Assembly: GCA_964355175.1 (NCBI GenBank)
Contig: CAYHBZ010000002.1
Location: forward strand, 268,537-332,536
Direction of reading: 5' to 3'
Length of the DNA: 64,000 nt
Origin: an uncultured Gammaproteobacteria bacterium
GTDB taxonomy: Bacteria; Patescibacteriota; Patescibacteriia; Magasanikbacterales; GWA2-37-8
This document shows, piece by piece, positions 37,341 to 47,888 of this stretch (its first letter is position 1; the number at the start of each line of letters is the position of its first letter). The notes beneath the pieces were generated by a model. It did not search any database, had not been told where the DNA came from, and was given only the letters and a program-made list of their open reading frames with translations. A program made the position numbers and the translations under genes.

Positions 37341-40049
37341 ATGAAAGAACTGCCAAAGGCTTATGAGCCTAAAAAATATGAAGATATTATCTATAAACGC
37401 TGGGAAGAAAGCGGATTTTTCAATCCGGATAATTGTAAAAAATCTGGACTGACCGATGTTGCCAAGGGTAGTTTTAGTATGGTTTTGCCGCCGCCCAATG
37501 TGACCGGAACCCTTCATATTGGCCACGCTTCCATGCTGGCTATCGAAGATTTGGTGACCAGATACAAAAGAATGAGCGGTTTTGAAACTCTTTGGCTCCC
37601 AGGTACGGATCATGCCGCGATTGCTACCCAGACCAAGGTGGAAAAACTTTTGATTGAAAAAGGAATAAAGGATCCAAAAAATGAATTAGGCAGAGAAAAA
37701 TTTTTGGCGGAAGTGGAAAAATTCGCGCAAGAATCCCACGATACCATTGTGGATCAATGTAAAAAAATGGGATCGAGTATGGATTGGAGTCGCGAAGCCT
37801 ACACTCTGGATGATGATAGAAATTTGGCCGTGCGCACGGTTTTTAAAAAAATGTATGATGATAGTTTAATTTATCGCGGCTATCGTCTAGTCAATTGGTG
37901 TCCACGCTGTAAATCTACTTTGGCTGATGATGAAGTAGAACATAAAGAACAGATTGCCAAACTTTATACTTTTAAATATTCCAAAGATTTTCCAATATCA
38001 ATTGCTACTACTCGTCCCGAAACTAAATTGGGAGATACTGCTCTAGCTGTAAATCCAGCGGACGAACGCTACGCCAAATATATTGGTCAGGAATTTTTAG
38101 TGAAAAATTTTGGTGGCGGCGCTGATTTAAAAATTAAAATTATTGGAGAAGAAAGCATTGATATGAATTTTGGTACGGGTGCGCTTGGTGTAACTCCGGC
38201 TCACAGTGCGACCGATTATGAAATGGCTCAGAGAAATGGTTTGGCTGTAATTAAAATTATTGATGAAGATGGTCTGATGACCAAAGAGGCGGGAGAAAAA
38301 TATTTAGGCCTAGGAGTGAAAGCGGCTCGCGCTCAGGTAGTAGAGTGGTTGGCAGAAAATAATTTGCTCGAAAAAGAAGAAGAGATCCCAAATAATCTTT
38401 CTATTTGTTATCGTTGTGGCTACGCTATTGAGCCGCTTCCTTCCAGACAGTGGTTTGTGGATGTAAACAAAGAATTTGTCTTACAAAATTCCAGTATCGA
38501 AGGAATAAAGTCTGGCGACAAAGTTACACTCAAAAAATTGATGCAACAGGTGGTAAGTAATAAACAGATTGAGGTAATTCCGGACAGATTTGAAAAAGTT
38601 TATTTCCACTGGATAAATAATTTGCGTGATTGGTGTATCTCGCGTCAGATTTGGTATGGGCACAGAATTCCGGTGTGGTATTGTCATGGATTGGATAAAG
38701 GTAAATGTCTGCAAGGTTGTGAAAAACCAATGGTGTCGGTAGATTCTCCTGAGAAATGCCCAAATTGTGGTAGTGTGGATTTGGTACAAGATCCTGATAC
38801 TCTGGATACTTGGTTTTCTTCCGGTCTTTGGACATTTTCTACTTTAGGTTGGCCAAATAATACCGCTGATCTAAAAACTTTTCATCCTACCAGTTTGCTT
38901 GAAACTGGTTATGATATTTTGTTTTTCTGGGTAGCGCGTATGATTCTTATGACCACCTATACGCTTGGCCAAATTCCTTTTGAAAAAGTGTATTTGCATG
39001 GTTTGGTACGCGACGAAAAAGGTAGAAAGATGAGCAAGAGTTTGGGTAATGTTATCAATCCGCTTGATACGATTGCCGAATTTGGTGCCGACGCTACCAG
39101 ACTTTCTTTGTTGCTCGGTAATACTCCGGGCAATGATCTGAAGTTATCACAAGAAAAAGTAGAAGGGTTTAGAAATTTCACCAACAAGCTTTGGAATATT
39201 TCGCGCTTTATGTTGCTCAATATTCCAGAACCAAAAATAGATGTTGGTTTGCCGGAAGCTAAAACTTTATTTGATGAATGGATTTTGCAGCAATTAAATT
39301 CGACTATTAATCAGGTAAATTCCAGCCTGGATGGTTATCATTTTTCTGGAGCAGGAGAATTATTGAGAAGTTTTACTTGGGATTTACTGGCTGATTGGTA
39401 TTTGGAAATTGCTAAAATAGAAGGTGATAAATCAGCGATCTTAAATTATATTTTGAATACCCTTTTGAAATTGTGGCATCCTTTTATGCCCTTTGTTACC
39501 GAGCAAATTTGGAGTGAAATATACGGTACCGATAAAATTTTGATGGTGGAAAAATGGCCACAGCTACACCGCGAGCCATTTTTAGAGGAACAAATTTTCG
39601 AAGACACTACATTAATTAGAGATATAATTGCCGGAATTAGAATGTTGCGCTCAGAAAATAAAATAGAACCAATAAAAAAACTAAACGTCTTAGTGGGCGC
39701 CGGAGTGAAATTAGAATTACTAAAAAAGAATTCTGAGATTATCAAAGCGTTAGCTAGATTAGATAATCTAGAAATTTCTACACAAGTCGCTAAACCAGCA
39801 ACCGCTATTGGCTTTGTGGAAGGCGGTGTCGAAGTATTTATAGATTTGGCTGGAGTGGTAGATTTAGAAAAAGAAAAAGAACGATTAAAAAAAGAACTAG
39901 AATCTTTGGCCAAATATATCGCCGGCATAGAAGGAAAATTAAATAACGCCGAATTTGCGCAAAATGCTCCGGTCGCTGTGATAGACAAAGAAAAACAAAA
40001 ATTGGCCGAGGCGCAAGAAAAAAGAGATAAAATAAAATCACAAATTTAA
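37341..40049 (+). CDS. valS: Valine-tRNA ligase
   Basis: PPPNVTGTLHIGH, DWCISRQIWYGH, KMSKS, C-terminal coiled coil. Confidence 0.98.
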   Translation: MKELPKAYEPKKYEDIIYKRWEESGFFNPDNCKKSGLTDVAKGSFSMVLPPPNVTGTLHIGHASMLAIEDLVTRYKRMSGFETLWLPGTDHAAIATQTKVEKLLIEKGIKDPKNELGREKFLAEVEKFAQESHDTIVDQCKKMGSSMDWSREAYTLDDDRNLAVRTVFKKMYDDSLIYRGYRLVNWCPRCKSTLADDEVEHKEQIAKLYTFKYSKDFPISIATTRPETKLGDTALAVNPADERYAKYIGQEFLVKNFGGGADLKIKIIGEESIDMNFGTGALGVTPAHSATDYEMAQRNGLAVIKIIDEDGLMTKEAGEKYLGLGVKAARAQVVEWLAENNLLEKEEEIPNNLSICYRCGYAIEPLPSRQWFVDVNKEFVLQNSSIEGIKSGDKVTLKKLMQQVVSNKQIEVIPDRFEKVYFHWINNLRDWCISRQIWYGHRIPVWYCHGLDKGKCLQGCEKPMVSVDSPEKCPNCGSVDLVQDPDTLDTWFSSGLWTFSTLGWPNNTADLKTFHPTSLLETGYDILFFWVARMILMTTYTLGQIPFEKVYLHGLVRDEKGRKMSKSLGNVINPLDTIAEFGADATRLSLLLGNTPGNDLKLSQEKVEGFRNFTNKLWNISRFMLLNIPEPKIDVGLPEAKTLFDEWILQQLNSTINQVNSSLDGYHFSGAGELLRSFTWDLLADWYLEIAKIEGDKSAILNYILNTLLKLWHPFMPFVTEQIWSEIYGTDKILMVEKWPQLHREPFLEEQIFEDTTLIRDIIAGIRMLRSENKIEPIKKLNVLVGAGVKLELLKKNSEIIKALARLDNLEISTQVAKPATAIGFVEGGVEVFIDLAGVVDLEKEKERLKKELESLAKYIAGIEGKLNNAEFAQNAPVAVIDKEKQKLAEAQEKRDKIKSQI

Positions 40050-40052
40050 TTT

Positions 40053-41252
40053 ATGAAAATCTCAACTAATCAAGAAAAAATTCAAGAATTGCTTTCTCGT
40101 GGCGTAGAAAATATCTATCCTAAAAAAGAATTTCTGGAAGCTCGCCTCAAAGAGGGGAAACGACTTGTTCTATATACTGGCTACGATCCGACCGCGCCGA
40201 CTTTGCATATCGGACATGCCATCACGATGATGAAACTCCGCCAGTTTCAGGATTTGGGGCACAAAGTAATTATGCTTATTGGTGACTATACCGGTATGAT
40301 TGGTGACCCGACCGATAAAACTTCAGCTCGTACCGCTCTCACTCATGAGCAAGTTTTGGCTAATTGCAAAAATTACCAAGCTCAAGCCGCTACTATTTTA
40401 AATTTTGAAGGAGAAAATCCGGTGGAATTAAAATTCAACGGTGAGTGGCACGGCAAATTAAATTTTGCCGATGTTTTGGAATTAACTTCTCATTTTACCG
40501 TACAGCGCATGATGGAACGCGATATGTTTGAAAAAAGAAAAGAAGAAAACAAACCGATTTTTTTACACGAATTTTTGTATCCGGTGATGCAGGCCTATGA
40601 TAGTGTGGCGATGGATGTAGATGGCGAAGTGGGTGGCAACGATCAGACCTTTAATATGTTGGCTGGCCGTGATCTAATGAAAGATTTGAAAAATAAAGAA
40701 AAATTTGTTTTGACCACAAAATTATTGGTAGATAGCACCGGTAAAAAAATGGGTAAGAGTGAGGGTAATATGATCGCGCTATCTGACACTCCCGAAGATA
40801 TGTTTGGCAAAGTGATGAGCTGGACCGATGACATGATGATGAAAGGCTTCGAGCTTTGTACCAAAATGCCAATAGATGAAATCTCTAATATTGAAAAAGA
40901 AATGAAAGCCGGTGCTAATCCGCGTGATATTAAGTTGCGCTTGGCCGGTGAAGTGGTAAAGACATTTTTGGGAGAAGCGGCCGCTGCTAAAGCTCAGGAA
41001 TATTTTGTATCCACATTTTCCAAAAAAGAACAGCCGGATGAAATGCCGGAAATTGAACCAAGTGTTTATGAAATTTCTGCGCTTTTGGTAGAGGCCAAGG
41101 TTTGCAAAAGCAAGTCTGAAACTCGTCAGGTAATTGATCAGGGCGGTGTAAGTATAAATGACACAAAGGTAGAAAAAGGAAATTATTCCGCTGTAATTAA
41201 ATCCGGTGATATTATCAAAAAAGGTAGTCGTTGGTTTGTAAAAGTAAAATAA
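40053..41252 (+). CDS. tyrS: Tyrosine-tRNA ligase
   Basis: GYDPTAPTLHIGH, YPVMQAYD, KMGKS, S4-like C-terminus. Confidence 0.97.
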   Translation: MKISTNQEKIQELLSRGVENIYPKKEFLEARLKEGKRLVLYTGYDPTAPTLHIGHAITMMKLRQFQDLGHKVIMLIGDYTGMIGDPTDKTSARTALTHEQVLANCKNYQAQAATILNFEGENPVELKFNGEWHGKLNFADVLELTSHFTVQRMMERDMFEKRKEENKPIFLHEFLYPVMQAYDSVAMDVDGEVGGNDQTFNMLAGRDLMKDLKNKEKFVLTTKLLVDSTGKKMGKSEGNMIALSDTPEDMFGKVMSWTDDMMMKGFELCTKMPIDEISNIEKEMKAGANPRDIKLRLAGEVVKTFLGEAAAAKAQEYFVSTFSKKEQPDEMPEIEPSVYEISALLVEAKVCKSKSETRQVIDQGGVSINDTKVEKGNYSAVIKSGDIIKKGSRWFVKVK

Positions 41253-41258
41253 AAAATT

Positions 41259-42959
41259 ATGCAATTGGAAGAAAAAATATTACAAATTTTATCCGATCAT
41301 GGTCTAAATTTTAATATTCAATTTTCCACCCCGCCCAATCCACAGATGGGAGATTTGGCATTTCCTTGTTTTGATTTGGCCAAGTCGCAAGGCAAAAATC
41401 CAGTTGAGTGTGCTCTGTCAGTAAAAGAAATTTTAGAAAAATCAGACCTCAAAAAATACGGCGTGGATAAAGTAATCACCGTCGGTCCGTATGTGAATTT
41501 TTTTCTCAATTCCGGCGCGGTGTCCAAGACTACTATAGAATCAATACAAAAACAATCCAAAAAATATGGTTTCAATAATTCTCAAAAAGGCAAAAAAGTA
41601 ATTATTGAATATCCTAGTAACAATACTCATAAAGAACTTCATATCGGTCATTTGCGCAATATTTGTTTGGGCAACGCCCTTACCAATATTTTTGCGGCCA
41701 ACGGTGTAAGTATCACCGCAATAAATTACCTCAATGATTTTGGTGCCCATGTGGCCAAATGTCTGTGGGGTTTACAAAAATTTCACGCCAATGAAAAACC
41801 GCCAAAAGGCCAGGAGCAAAAATGGCTGGGTGAAATTTATGCCGAATCTTCTTTATATCTAGAGGATCATCCAGAATTAAAAGAAGAATCTTTTGCAATG
41901 CAAAAAAAATTGGAAGCACGTGACAAAAGTATCTGGTCGCTTTTTAAAAAAACTAGACAGTGGAGTATCGACGGTTTTGATAAAGCTTTCAGCGAGCTCG
42001 GTTTAAAATTGGCCTATACTTTTTATGAACAGGATGTGAAAGATAACGGACAAAAAATCGTGGATGAACTTCTCAAAAATGGTGTGGCTACGGTGGGCGA
42101 GGGCGGAGCAATTATTATGGACCTCACTTCGGAAAATTTGGATATCGCCCTTCTGCGTAAAAGTAATGGTGCCGGGCTGTATCTTACCAGCGATCTTGGC
42201 TTGGCAGTCGCCAAAAATAAAAAATATAAAAATATTTCCGAAAGTATTACTCTTACTGGTAGCGAACAGGATTTTTATTTTAAACAGTTATTTAGAGTTT
42301 TGCAAAAGGCTGGGTACAATTACAAGATGACCCATATCGGCTATGGATTGGTAATGTTGCCGGATGGAAAAATGTCTTCTCGAAAAGGTAAAGTAGTTTT
42401 ATATGACGATGTGCGCGATGAAGTATATGCAAAGATTTTGGAAGAAACCACCAAACGTCACACCGACTGGAGTAAGAAGAAAATAGCCAAAACCGCCTGG
42501 ACCGTAGCGATGGCCGCTGTTAAATTTGATTTTCTCAAACATGAAGCGGGTAAGACCGTCATCTTTGATTTCGCGGCCGCTACCAAATTTGAAGGCTTTA
42601 CTGGGCCTTATGTTTTGTATATGGTGGCGCGTATTAACAGTATTTTACGCAAAGGCAAATTCACCAAGGCGGTAGATTTTAATCTACTGAGTTCACCTGA
42701 AGAAAAACAGTTGGTGTTGATGCTTGGCGAATATGGCGAAGCGGTAACTAAGGCTTTTAATAATTATAATCCTTCCGTGCTCACCAAATACAGTTTTGAT
42801 ACGGCTCAAAGTTTTAGTAATTTTTATGCCAAGCACAGTGTTTTGAATAATGAGAATAAAGAAATTACCAAAGCTCGTCTGGCGCTGTGTGCCGCCACCA
42901 AACAAGTTTTGCAAAATTGTTTAAATCTTTTGTCTATTGATGCGGTAGATGAAATGTAA
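41259..42959 (+). CDS. argS: Arginine-tRNA ligase
   Basis: HIGHLRN, KMSSRKG, FEGFTGPYVLY..ARINSI, terminal M. Confidence 0.97.
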   Translation: MQLEEKILQILSDHGLNFNIQFSTPPNPQMGDLAFPCFDLAKSQGKNPVECALSVKEILEKSDLKKYGVDKVITVGPYVNFFLNSGAVSKTTIESIQKQSKKYGFNNSQKGKKVIIEYPSNNTHKELHIGHLRNICLGNALTNIFAANGVSITAINYLNDFGAHVAKCLWGLQKFHANEKPPKGQEQKWLGEIYAESSLYLEDHPELKEESFAMQKKLEARDKSIWSLFKKTRQWSIDGFDKAFSELGLKLAYTFYEQDVKDNGQKIVDELLKNGVATVGEGGAIIMDLTSENLDIALLRKSNGAGLYLTSDLGLAVAKNKKYKNISESITLTGSEQDFYFKQLFRVLQKAGYNYKMTHIGYGLVMLPDGKMSSRKGKVVLYDDVRDEVYAKILEETTKRHTDWSKKKIAKTAWTVAMAAVKFDFLKHEAGKTVIFDFAAATKFEGFTGPYVLYMVARINSILRKGKFTKAVDFNLLSSPEEKQLVLMLGEYGEAVTKAFNNYNPSVLTKYSFDTAQSFSNFYAKHSVLNNENKEITKARLALCAATKQVLQNCLNLLSIDAVDEM

Positions 42960-42962
42960 ACT

Positions 42963-44054
42963 ATGATTTATAAAAAAATAATTCGTCCTATTTTTTTTCA
43001 GTTTGATCCCGAAGACGTACACCATTTTGTTATCACAGTGATGAAAGTGTTCAGTGAGATGCCTCTATTTTCTGGTATTATAAAAAATTTTACTAATTTC
43101 AATAGTCAAATCTTAAGCACCAAAATCGGTAATCTGAATTTTTCCAATCCTGTCGGACTGTCGGCCGGTTTTGATAAAAATGTAGTAGCGCCTTTGGCTT
43201 ATGAAATGCTAGGATTTGGGTTTTCTGAATTAGGTTCAGTGACTTATAGCGCCCAAGTCGGCAATCCTAGGCCACGTTTGTGGCGTATTCCAAAAGACAA
43301 GGGGTTGATAGTATTTTACGGTTTGTGTAATATCGGCGCTTTGGCGGTGGCGGAAAAATTATCTAAATTAAAAAATAAAAAACATCCTATCGGAATTAGT
43401 ATTGCTCCTACCACAGGACTAAAGTTGGAAGAAATGGCTGTCGATTATCTAAAAAGTTTTGAGCTATTAGCTCCCCACGCTGATTTTGTCACGCTTAATG
43501 TTAGTTGTCCCAATGTGGCCAGCTGTGATATTTTTTCTCAGGTTGGATTTATTCGCGAACTTACAAAAACTATCAATGATTTTAAAAAGGAGAAAAAATA
43601 TTCAGCCGATTTATTTTTGAAAATAGGACCGGATATGAGTGCTGGTCAATATAAAGAAATTGTGGAGATTTGTGTAGAAAACGGTATCGCGGCTATAGTG
43701 GCTACCAATCTCATCAAGAAACGCGAAAGTATTAAAGAGAAAAATAGTACTGAGCAAGATCTGAATCATCCGGGTGGAATTTCCGGCGGACTGCTTACCG
43801 ATAAAAGCAATGAAGTAATAAAAATTTTGTATCGGGCCTCTGCCGGACGTTTGCAGATTATTGGTGTGGGAGGAATTTTCTCGGCTCAGAATGCCTATGA
43901 AAAGATAAAAGCCGGCGCAGGCGCCCTGGAGTTAATTACTGGGTTTATTTACGGTGGTCCAGCCGCTATTATGAATATAAATAAGGGGTTGGCCGAGCTG
44001 TTAAAGCGGGATGGGTATAAAAATATTGAAGAAGCGGTCGGTTCTGAAGCATAA
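42963..44054 (+). CDS. pyrD: Quinone-dependent dihydroorotate dehydrogenase (class 2)
   Basis: DPEDVH, NPVGLSAGFDKN, GNPRPRLWR, NVSCPN, GGISG. Confidence 0.92.
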   Translation: MIYKKIIRPIFFQFDPEDVHHFVITVMKVFSEMPLFSGIIKNFTNFNSQILSTKIGNLNFSNPVGLSAGFDKNVVAPLAYEMLGFGFSELGSVTYSAQVGNPRPRLWRIPKDKGLIVFYGLCNIGALAVAEKLSKLKNKKHPIGISIAPTTGLKLEEMAVDYLKSFELLAPHADFVTLNVSCPNVASCDIFSQVGFIRELTKTINDFKKEKKYSADLFLKIGPDMSAGQYKEIVEICVENGIAAIVATNLIKKRESIKEKNSTEQDLNHPGGISGGLLTDKSNEVIKILYRASAGRLQIIGVGGIFSAQNAYEKIKAGAGALELITGFIYGGPAAIMNINKGLAELLKRDGYKNIEEAVGSEA

Positions 44055-44142
44055 TTAGTCAAAAGACCTTAAAAAGGTCTTTTTTGATTTTTCCACAAGT
44101 GTACCTTTACAGGTGCACTATTTAGGTGTAGGGTAGATTTAT

Positions 44143-44352
44143 ATGATAGCTTACAAAAAGGACGAAAACGATTCGGTGGAACGTGTAATTATCAAGCTGC
44201 CTAAATCTTTGGCAACTTATTTTCGTAATGCTTTTGCGCACGGCAAGCGTAGTGAATTTATTGCCAAATGTATTTTGGAACATAAACACCAGATTGAAAT
44301 AAAAGAAATGGAAGAAAAATTACGCGCGGTAGTGAAAAAAAGACAAAAATAA
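44143..44352 (+). CDS. Ribbon-helix-helix-like antitoxin
   Basis: RVIIKLPKSLA...RSEFIAKCI; 1 bp gap to the mazF-like gene; palindrome 44098-44119 upstream. Confidence 0.7.
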   Translation: MIAYKKDENDSVERVIIKLPKSLATYFRNAFAHGKRSEFIAKCILEHKHQIEIKEMEEKLRAVVKKRQK

Positions 44353-44353
44353 T

Positions 44354-44719
44354 ATGGTGTTTGATTTTGATGAAATGTATTGTGGTGCTATAAAAAGAGG
44401 GGATGTTTTTTTGTATGAGTCGGCAGCTAAAAAAAAAGAAACTGTAATAATTCTGCAAGATAATATTTTAAATGATGGTTTGCCTACAGCAGTTTGCGCT
44501 TTGATAAAGCCATATGAAAAAGGAGAAGAAGTTTTTGCTAATGAAGTGTTGATAGACAAAGATGAATTGGGAGTAGGCGATGATGGTATTTGTATGTTGC
44601 ATAAAATTTATACAGTACCACGCGAACTGTTGGTAGCCAAAAAAGGGGAATTAAAAGTAAAAACCTTAAACAATATTTATCGCGCGTTGGATATTAGTTT
44701 GGGAAGATTTAGGGATTAG
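44354..44719 (+). CDS. PemK/MazF-fold toxin-like protein
   Basis: IKRGDVF...VIILQ...N...PT...HKIYTV...L..KKGEL...I.RALDISLG. Confidence 0.78.
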   Translation: MVFDFDEMYCGAIKRGDVFLYESAAKKKETVIILQDNILNDGLPTAVCALIKPYEKGEEVFANEVLIDKDELGVGDDGICMLHKIYTVPRELLVAKKGELKVKTLNNIYRALDISLGRFRD

Positions 44720-44820
44720 TTTGGATATGTGTTTGATATCCAGATGATGGATATAATATTTTTGTATTTATCATCGGGTCATCAACACTTTCTGTCGAGG
44801 GGCAGAAAAAGGGAGGCTAC

Positions 44821-46077
44821 ATGCGTATCGAGCGCCCTCTCCGTCCAAGTTGGCCGGAGAAGAATTGGCCGCGTGTGGCCTTCGTTGCACACGCACTGCT
44901 TCACGGTTATCTGTCTACTGAACTCATCGGTCAGCAGCTGGATATCATGGGCAGGAATTGGCCGCGGGATCGGGATGGTGAGACTCCCGAGGCTATCAAC
45001 TGGTTCTCTTTCCCCGTCATTCCGACGGACGGCATGGGGCAGCCGGTCTGGGTTGATTTCTACATTATCCCGGTCTTGGCTGGTGACTTCATGACCGCCT
45101 GCTACGATGGTCGGGCGTACAAGTGGGCTGAAGATGTCGCTCTCACCGCGATCATGGAAGCCAAGAAGGACAAGGTGCATCTGACGTTGGGCTGGGGGGC
45201 CGCTACCAAGATTGCAACGCGTCATGGTCAGAAGTTTCTGGAAGAAAATCCTTGGGTGAAGACGGATCCGTTCGTCTCTACCACCCACGGTGATGCTGGT
45301 ACGGCGGCTCTGGTCCTCGAGACCATCCGGCGCGCTGGCCTCCACAAGGGCTTCAATGTCGCTGTCATTGGTGCCAACGGTGCCATTGGTGACGTGGTGG
45401 CCCGTATGCTGCCTTCACTCAATCCCGCTAGTGTCATGCTCGTGGGTAAGAGTGGTAGAAATGAGGTGGAAGATCGTACGAATCGTGAACGACTCAACGA
45501 GCTGCGCGCTCGTGTCGTCGGTGACTGCGAAGTCGTGATCCATCAAGACAAGTCGACGGCCTGTCATGAGCACCGGAGTGATCTAGTGATCGTGGCTACA
45601 AACGGTATGAATCTCGCTCCCAGCGAAATCCCGACCGGTGCACTTGTTCTTGATATGACTACGCCGGCTGCGTGCAGCGAACACCACGAATGGAAGACGG
45701 ACCGTCTGGTCCTCACTTCCGGTTGTGGTCAATTCGCTGATCTCGCTCTGCCGGAGTCGTTCGGTCAATTCAATGGTAATCCTCTCAGGGATGTGGGGGC
45801 CGGTGGCCATCACGTGCTCTGGGGGTGCACCATGGAAACGATCGCGCGGGCGGTCTTTGATTGGCGCGGCCATTTGGCGGGACAGAAGATCCCGCTCGAT
45901 GCCGTGCGGTGGTGTGACACCCACTTCCAGTCTCTGCGGATCGCTCCGCAACCGCCGTTCTCCTTCGGAGATCATCACAGCTGGTCGGATGTGCACGCTT
46001 TCGTCGAGCGTGTGCACTCTCAAACTAATGTGGAGGTGCCGCAATACGCCTTCGCCGGTAACACCAAGTCGTCCTAG
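44821..46077 (+). CDS. NAD(P)-dependent oxidoreductase similar to COG5322/acyl-ACP reductase family; GC-rich island 4
   Basis: LGWGAATK, STTHGDAGTA, Rossmann VAVIGANGAIG, WGCTMETI; GGGAGGctacATG start; 40/60 GC in line 45301. Confidence 0.75.
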   Translation: MRIERPLRPSWPEKNWPRVAFVAHALLHGYLSTELIGQQLDIMGRNWPRDRDGETPEAINWFSFPVIPTDGMGQPVWVDFYIIPVLAGDFMTACYDGRAYKWAEDVALTAIMEAKKDKVHLTLGWGAATKIATRHGQKFLEENPWVKTDPFVSTTHGDAGTAALVLETIRRAGLHKGFNVAVIGANGAIGDVVARMLPSLNPASVMLVGKSGRNEVEDRTNRERLNELRARVVGDCEVVIHQDKSTACHEHRSDLVIVATNGMNLAPSEIPTGALVLDMTTPAACSEHHEWKTDRLVLTSGCGQFADLALPESFGQFNGNPLRDVGAGGHHVLWGCTMETIARAVFDWRGHLAGQKIPLDAVRWCDTHFQSLRIAPQPPFSFGDHHSWSDVHAFVERVHSQTNVEVPQYAFAGNTKSS

Positions 46078-46111
46078 GACGACGGGAGTTCAAACTCATG
46101 CCAATTTGGCA

Positions 46112-46147
46112 CACCCTGGATCTACGGATCCAGGGTGCTTGCTTTTT
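46112..46147 (+). terminator. Terminator of island 4 with a C(UACG)G tetraloop
   Basis: CACCCTGGATC-TACG-GATCCAGGGTG followed by a T-rich tract. Confidence 0.75.
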
Positions 46148-46192
46148 ATAAGGATTTTTTTGTGGTATAATATATCAAGTATTAAAAATTTT

Positions 46193-47809
46193 ATGTTTGA
46201 TATTTATACAACCCTACCACTCACGTGCGCGTTATTCGTTTTGTTTTTTGGTTTATTTGTTTTATCCCAAGATTATCATTCGCGCATGAATCAATTATTG
46301 TTTGGTTTTAATGTGAGCATGTTATTTTGGATGGTCGGCACCTTTATGATGTTTGTGTCGCGTGGTGATTTATCATCAGCCCTTTTTTGGGATAGATTTG
46401 TGTATATGGGTGTGGCTTTTATGCCGCCACTCATGCATCATTTTAGTTTGGTTTTTACTCAACAAACCAACAAACAAAAAAACTTATTAGTAATTAATTA
46501 TATATTAGCTTTTGCTTTTGCTTTTTTAAGTCAAAGTAAATATTTTGTAGACGGCATTTACTATTATTCCTGGGGAGTGCATAGTCAGGCCAGAATTTTA
46601 CACACGGTATTTTTGGGTTATTTCTTTTTTGGCACTGGTTTATTTTTTGTTAATGTTTTAAAGTTTTTTTTAAAAGCGAAAGACCGTATTATTAGATTAC
46701 AAACAATTTATGTTTTTATCGCGTTTGCGATTGTAATTTTTATTGGCGGATCAGCCTATCTGTTTGCGTATAATATTGATACCAAATTTCCCTTTGCCTA
46801 TCTTTCGGGTTTAGTTTTTCCGATTATGTTATTTTACGCGGTGAGTCGCCATCATTTGCTTGGTAAAAAGGCCGTATTGACTGAAGTGATGGTAGGTTTA
46901 GCGGAATTTTTTGTGGTAATGGAAATTTTCTTTTCTCCAAGTTTGAGAGATGTGTTGGTTCGTGTAGTTTTTGCGATTATTTTGGCAGTGTTAGGTATGG
47001 TACTTATCAAATCGGTACGTACTGAAATTAATAGAAGAGAAGAGGTGACTAAAATGGCCAATTCCCTGGAAAAAGCTAATTTGCGTTTGCAAGAACTTGA
47101 TAAACAAAAAACCGAATTTTTATCTATCGCTTCTCATCAATTGCGAACGCCACTTTCAATTTTGAAAGGTTATATTGAGTTGATTAAAGACGGCGGCTAC
47201 GGAAAAATTACGAAACAGACCAGAGAAATTTTGAATAACATGGATGAGAGCAATGAGCATTTGATCAAGTTGGTGGATGAATTTTTAAATATCTCCCGTA
47301 TCGAACAAGGACGTACCAAGTTTACGTTTATTGAATTCGATGTTGCTCACATGATAGACGTCTTGGTGGAGGAATTCAAAATAAAAGCCAAAGATAAAAA
47401 TATGACTTTGGAGTGGAATAACTCTGATCCTATAAATATCGTTGGTGATGAAGAAAAAATTCGTCATGTAGTATTTAATTTTATTGACAACGCTCTTAAA
47501 TATTCCGACAAGGGTACTGTAAAAATAAAAGTGAAGAATGATTATGACGGTTATCGTATTGTAGTCAGTGATCAAGGTTTTGGTTTTAACAAAACCGATG
47601 AGGTGAATTTCTTCCAGAAATTTTATCGCGGTGAAAATGTTAAAGGCACCAATGTAAACGGTACTGGCCTAGGTCTGTATGTTTGTCGTAAATTTATTGA
47701 AGCGCACGGCGGTAAAGTATGGGCTCATAGCTCTGGACTAGGCAAAGGTGGTCAATTTGGATTTTGGATTCCATTTAAGCCAGTGATGCCACCTGATCCT
47801 GCGGTATAA
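46193..47809 (+). CDS. Sensor histidine kinase with a 7TM-type N-terminus
   Basis: Multi-TM N-terminus, ASHQLRTPL H-box, NFIDNALKY, GTGLGL; start at ATG 46193. Confidence 0.92.
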   Translation: MFDIYTTLPLTCALFVLFFGLFVLSQDYHSRMNQLLFGFNVSMLFWMVGTFMMFVSRGDLSSALFWDRFVYMGVAFMPPLMHHFSLVFTQQTNKQKNLLVINYILAFAFAFLSQSKYFVDGIYYYSWGVHSQARILHTVFLGYFFFGTGLFFVNVLKFFLKAKDRIIRLQTIYVFIAFAIVIFIGGSAYLFAYNIDTKFPFAYLSGLVFPIMLFYAVSRHHLLGKKAVLTEVMVGLAEFFVVMEIFFSPSLRDVLVRVVFAIILAVLGMVLIKSVRTEINRREEVTKMANSLEKANLRLQELDKQKTEFLSIASHQLRTPLSILKGYIELIKDGGYGKITKQTREILNNMDESNEHLIKLVDEFLNISRIEQGRTKFTFIEFDVAHMIDVLVEEFKIKAKDKNMTLEWNNSDPINIVGDEEKIRHVVFNFIDNALKYSDKGTVKIKVKNDYDGYRIVVSDQGFGFNKTDEVNFFQKFYRGENVKGTNVNGTGLGLYVCRKFIEAHGGKVWAHSSGLGKGGQFGFWIPFKPVMPPDPAV

Positions 47810-47888
47810 TTTATTGACAGGCGGTGTTGTTTTTTTCTTTAAAATTTTGTAAAATAGTAAGACTAATAATTATAATAATGTATCATCT

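Noticed and set aside
45725-46192. Apparent 156-aa N-terminal extension of the histidine kinase
   Set aside because: Alternative-frame read-through of GC-rich island 4 across its terminator; ATG 46193 follows a TG-TATAAT promoter
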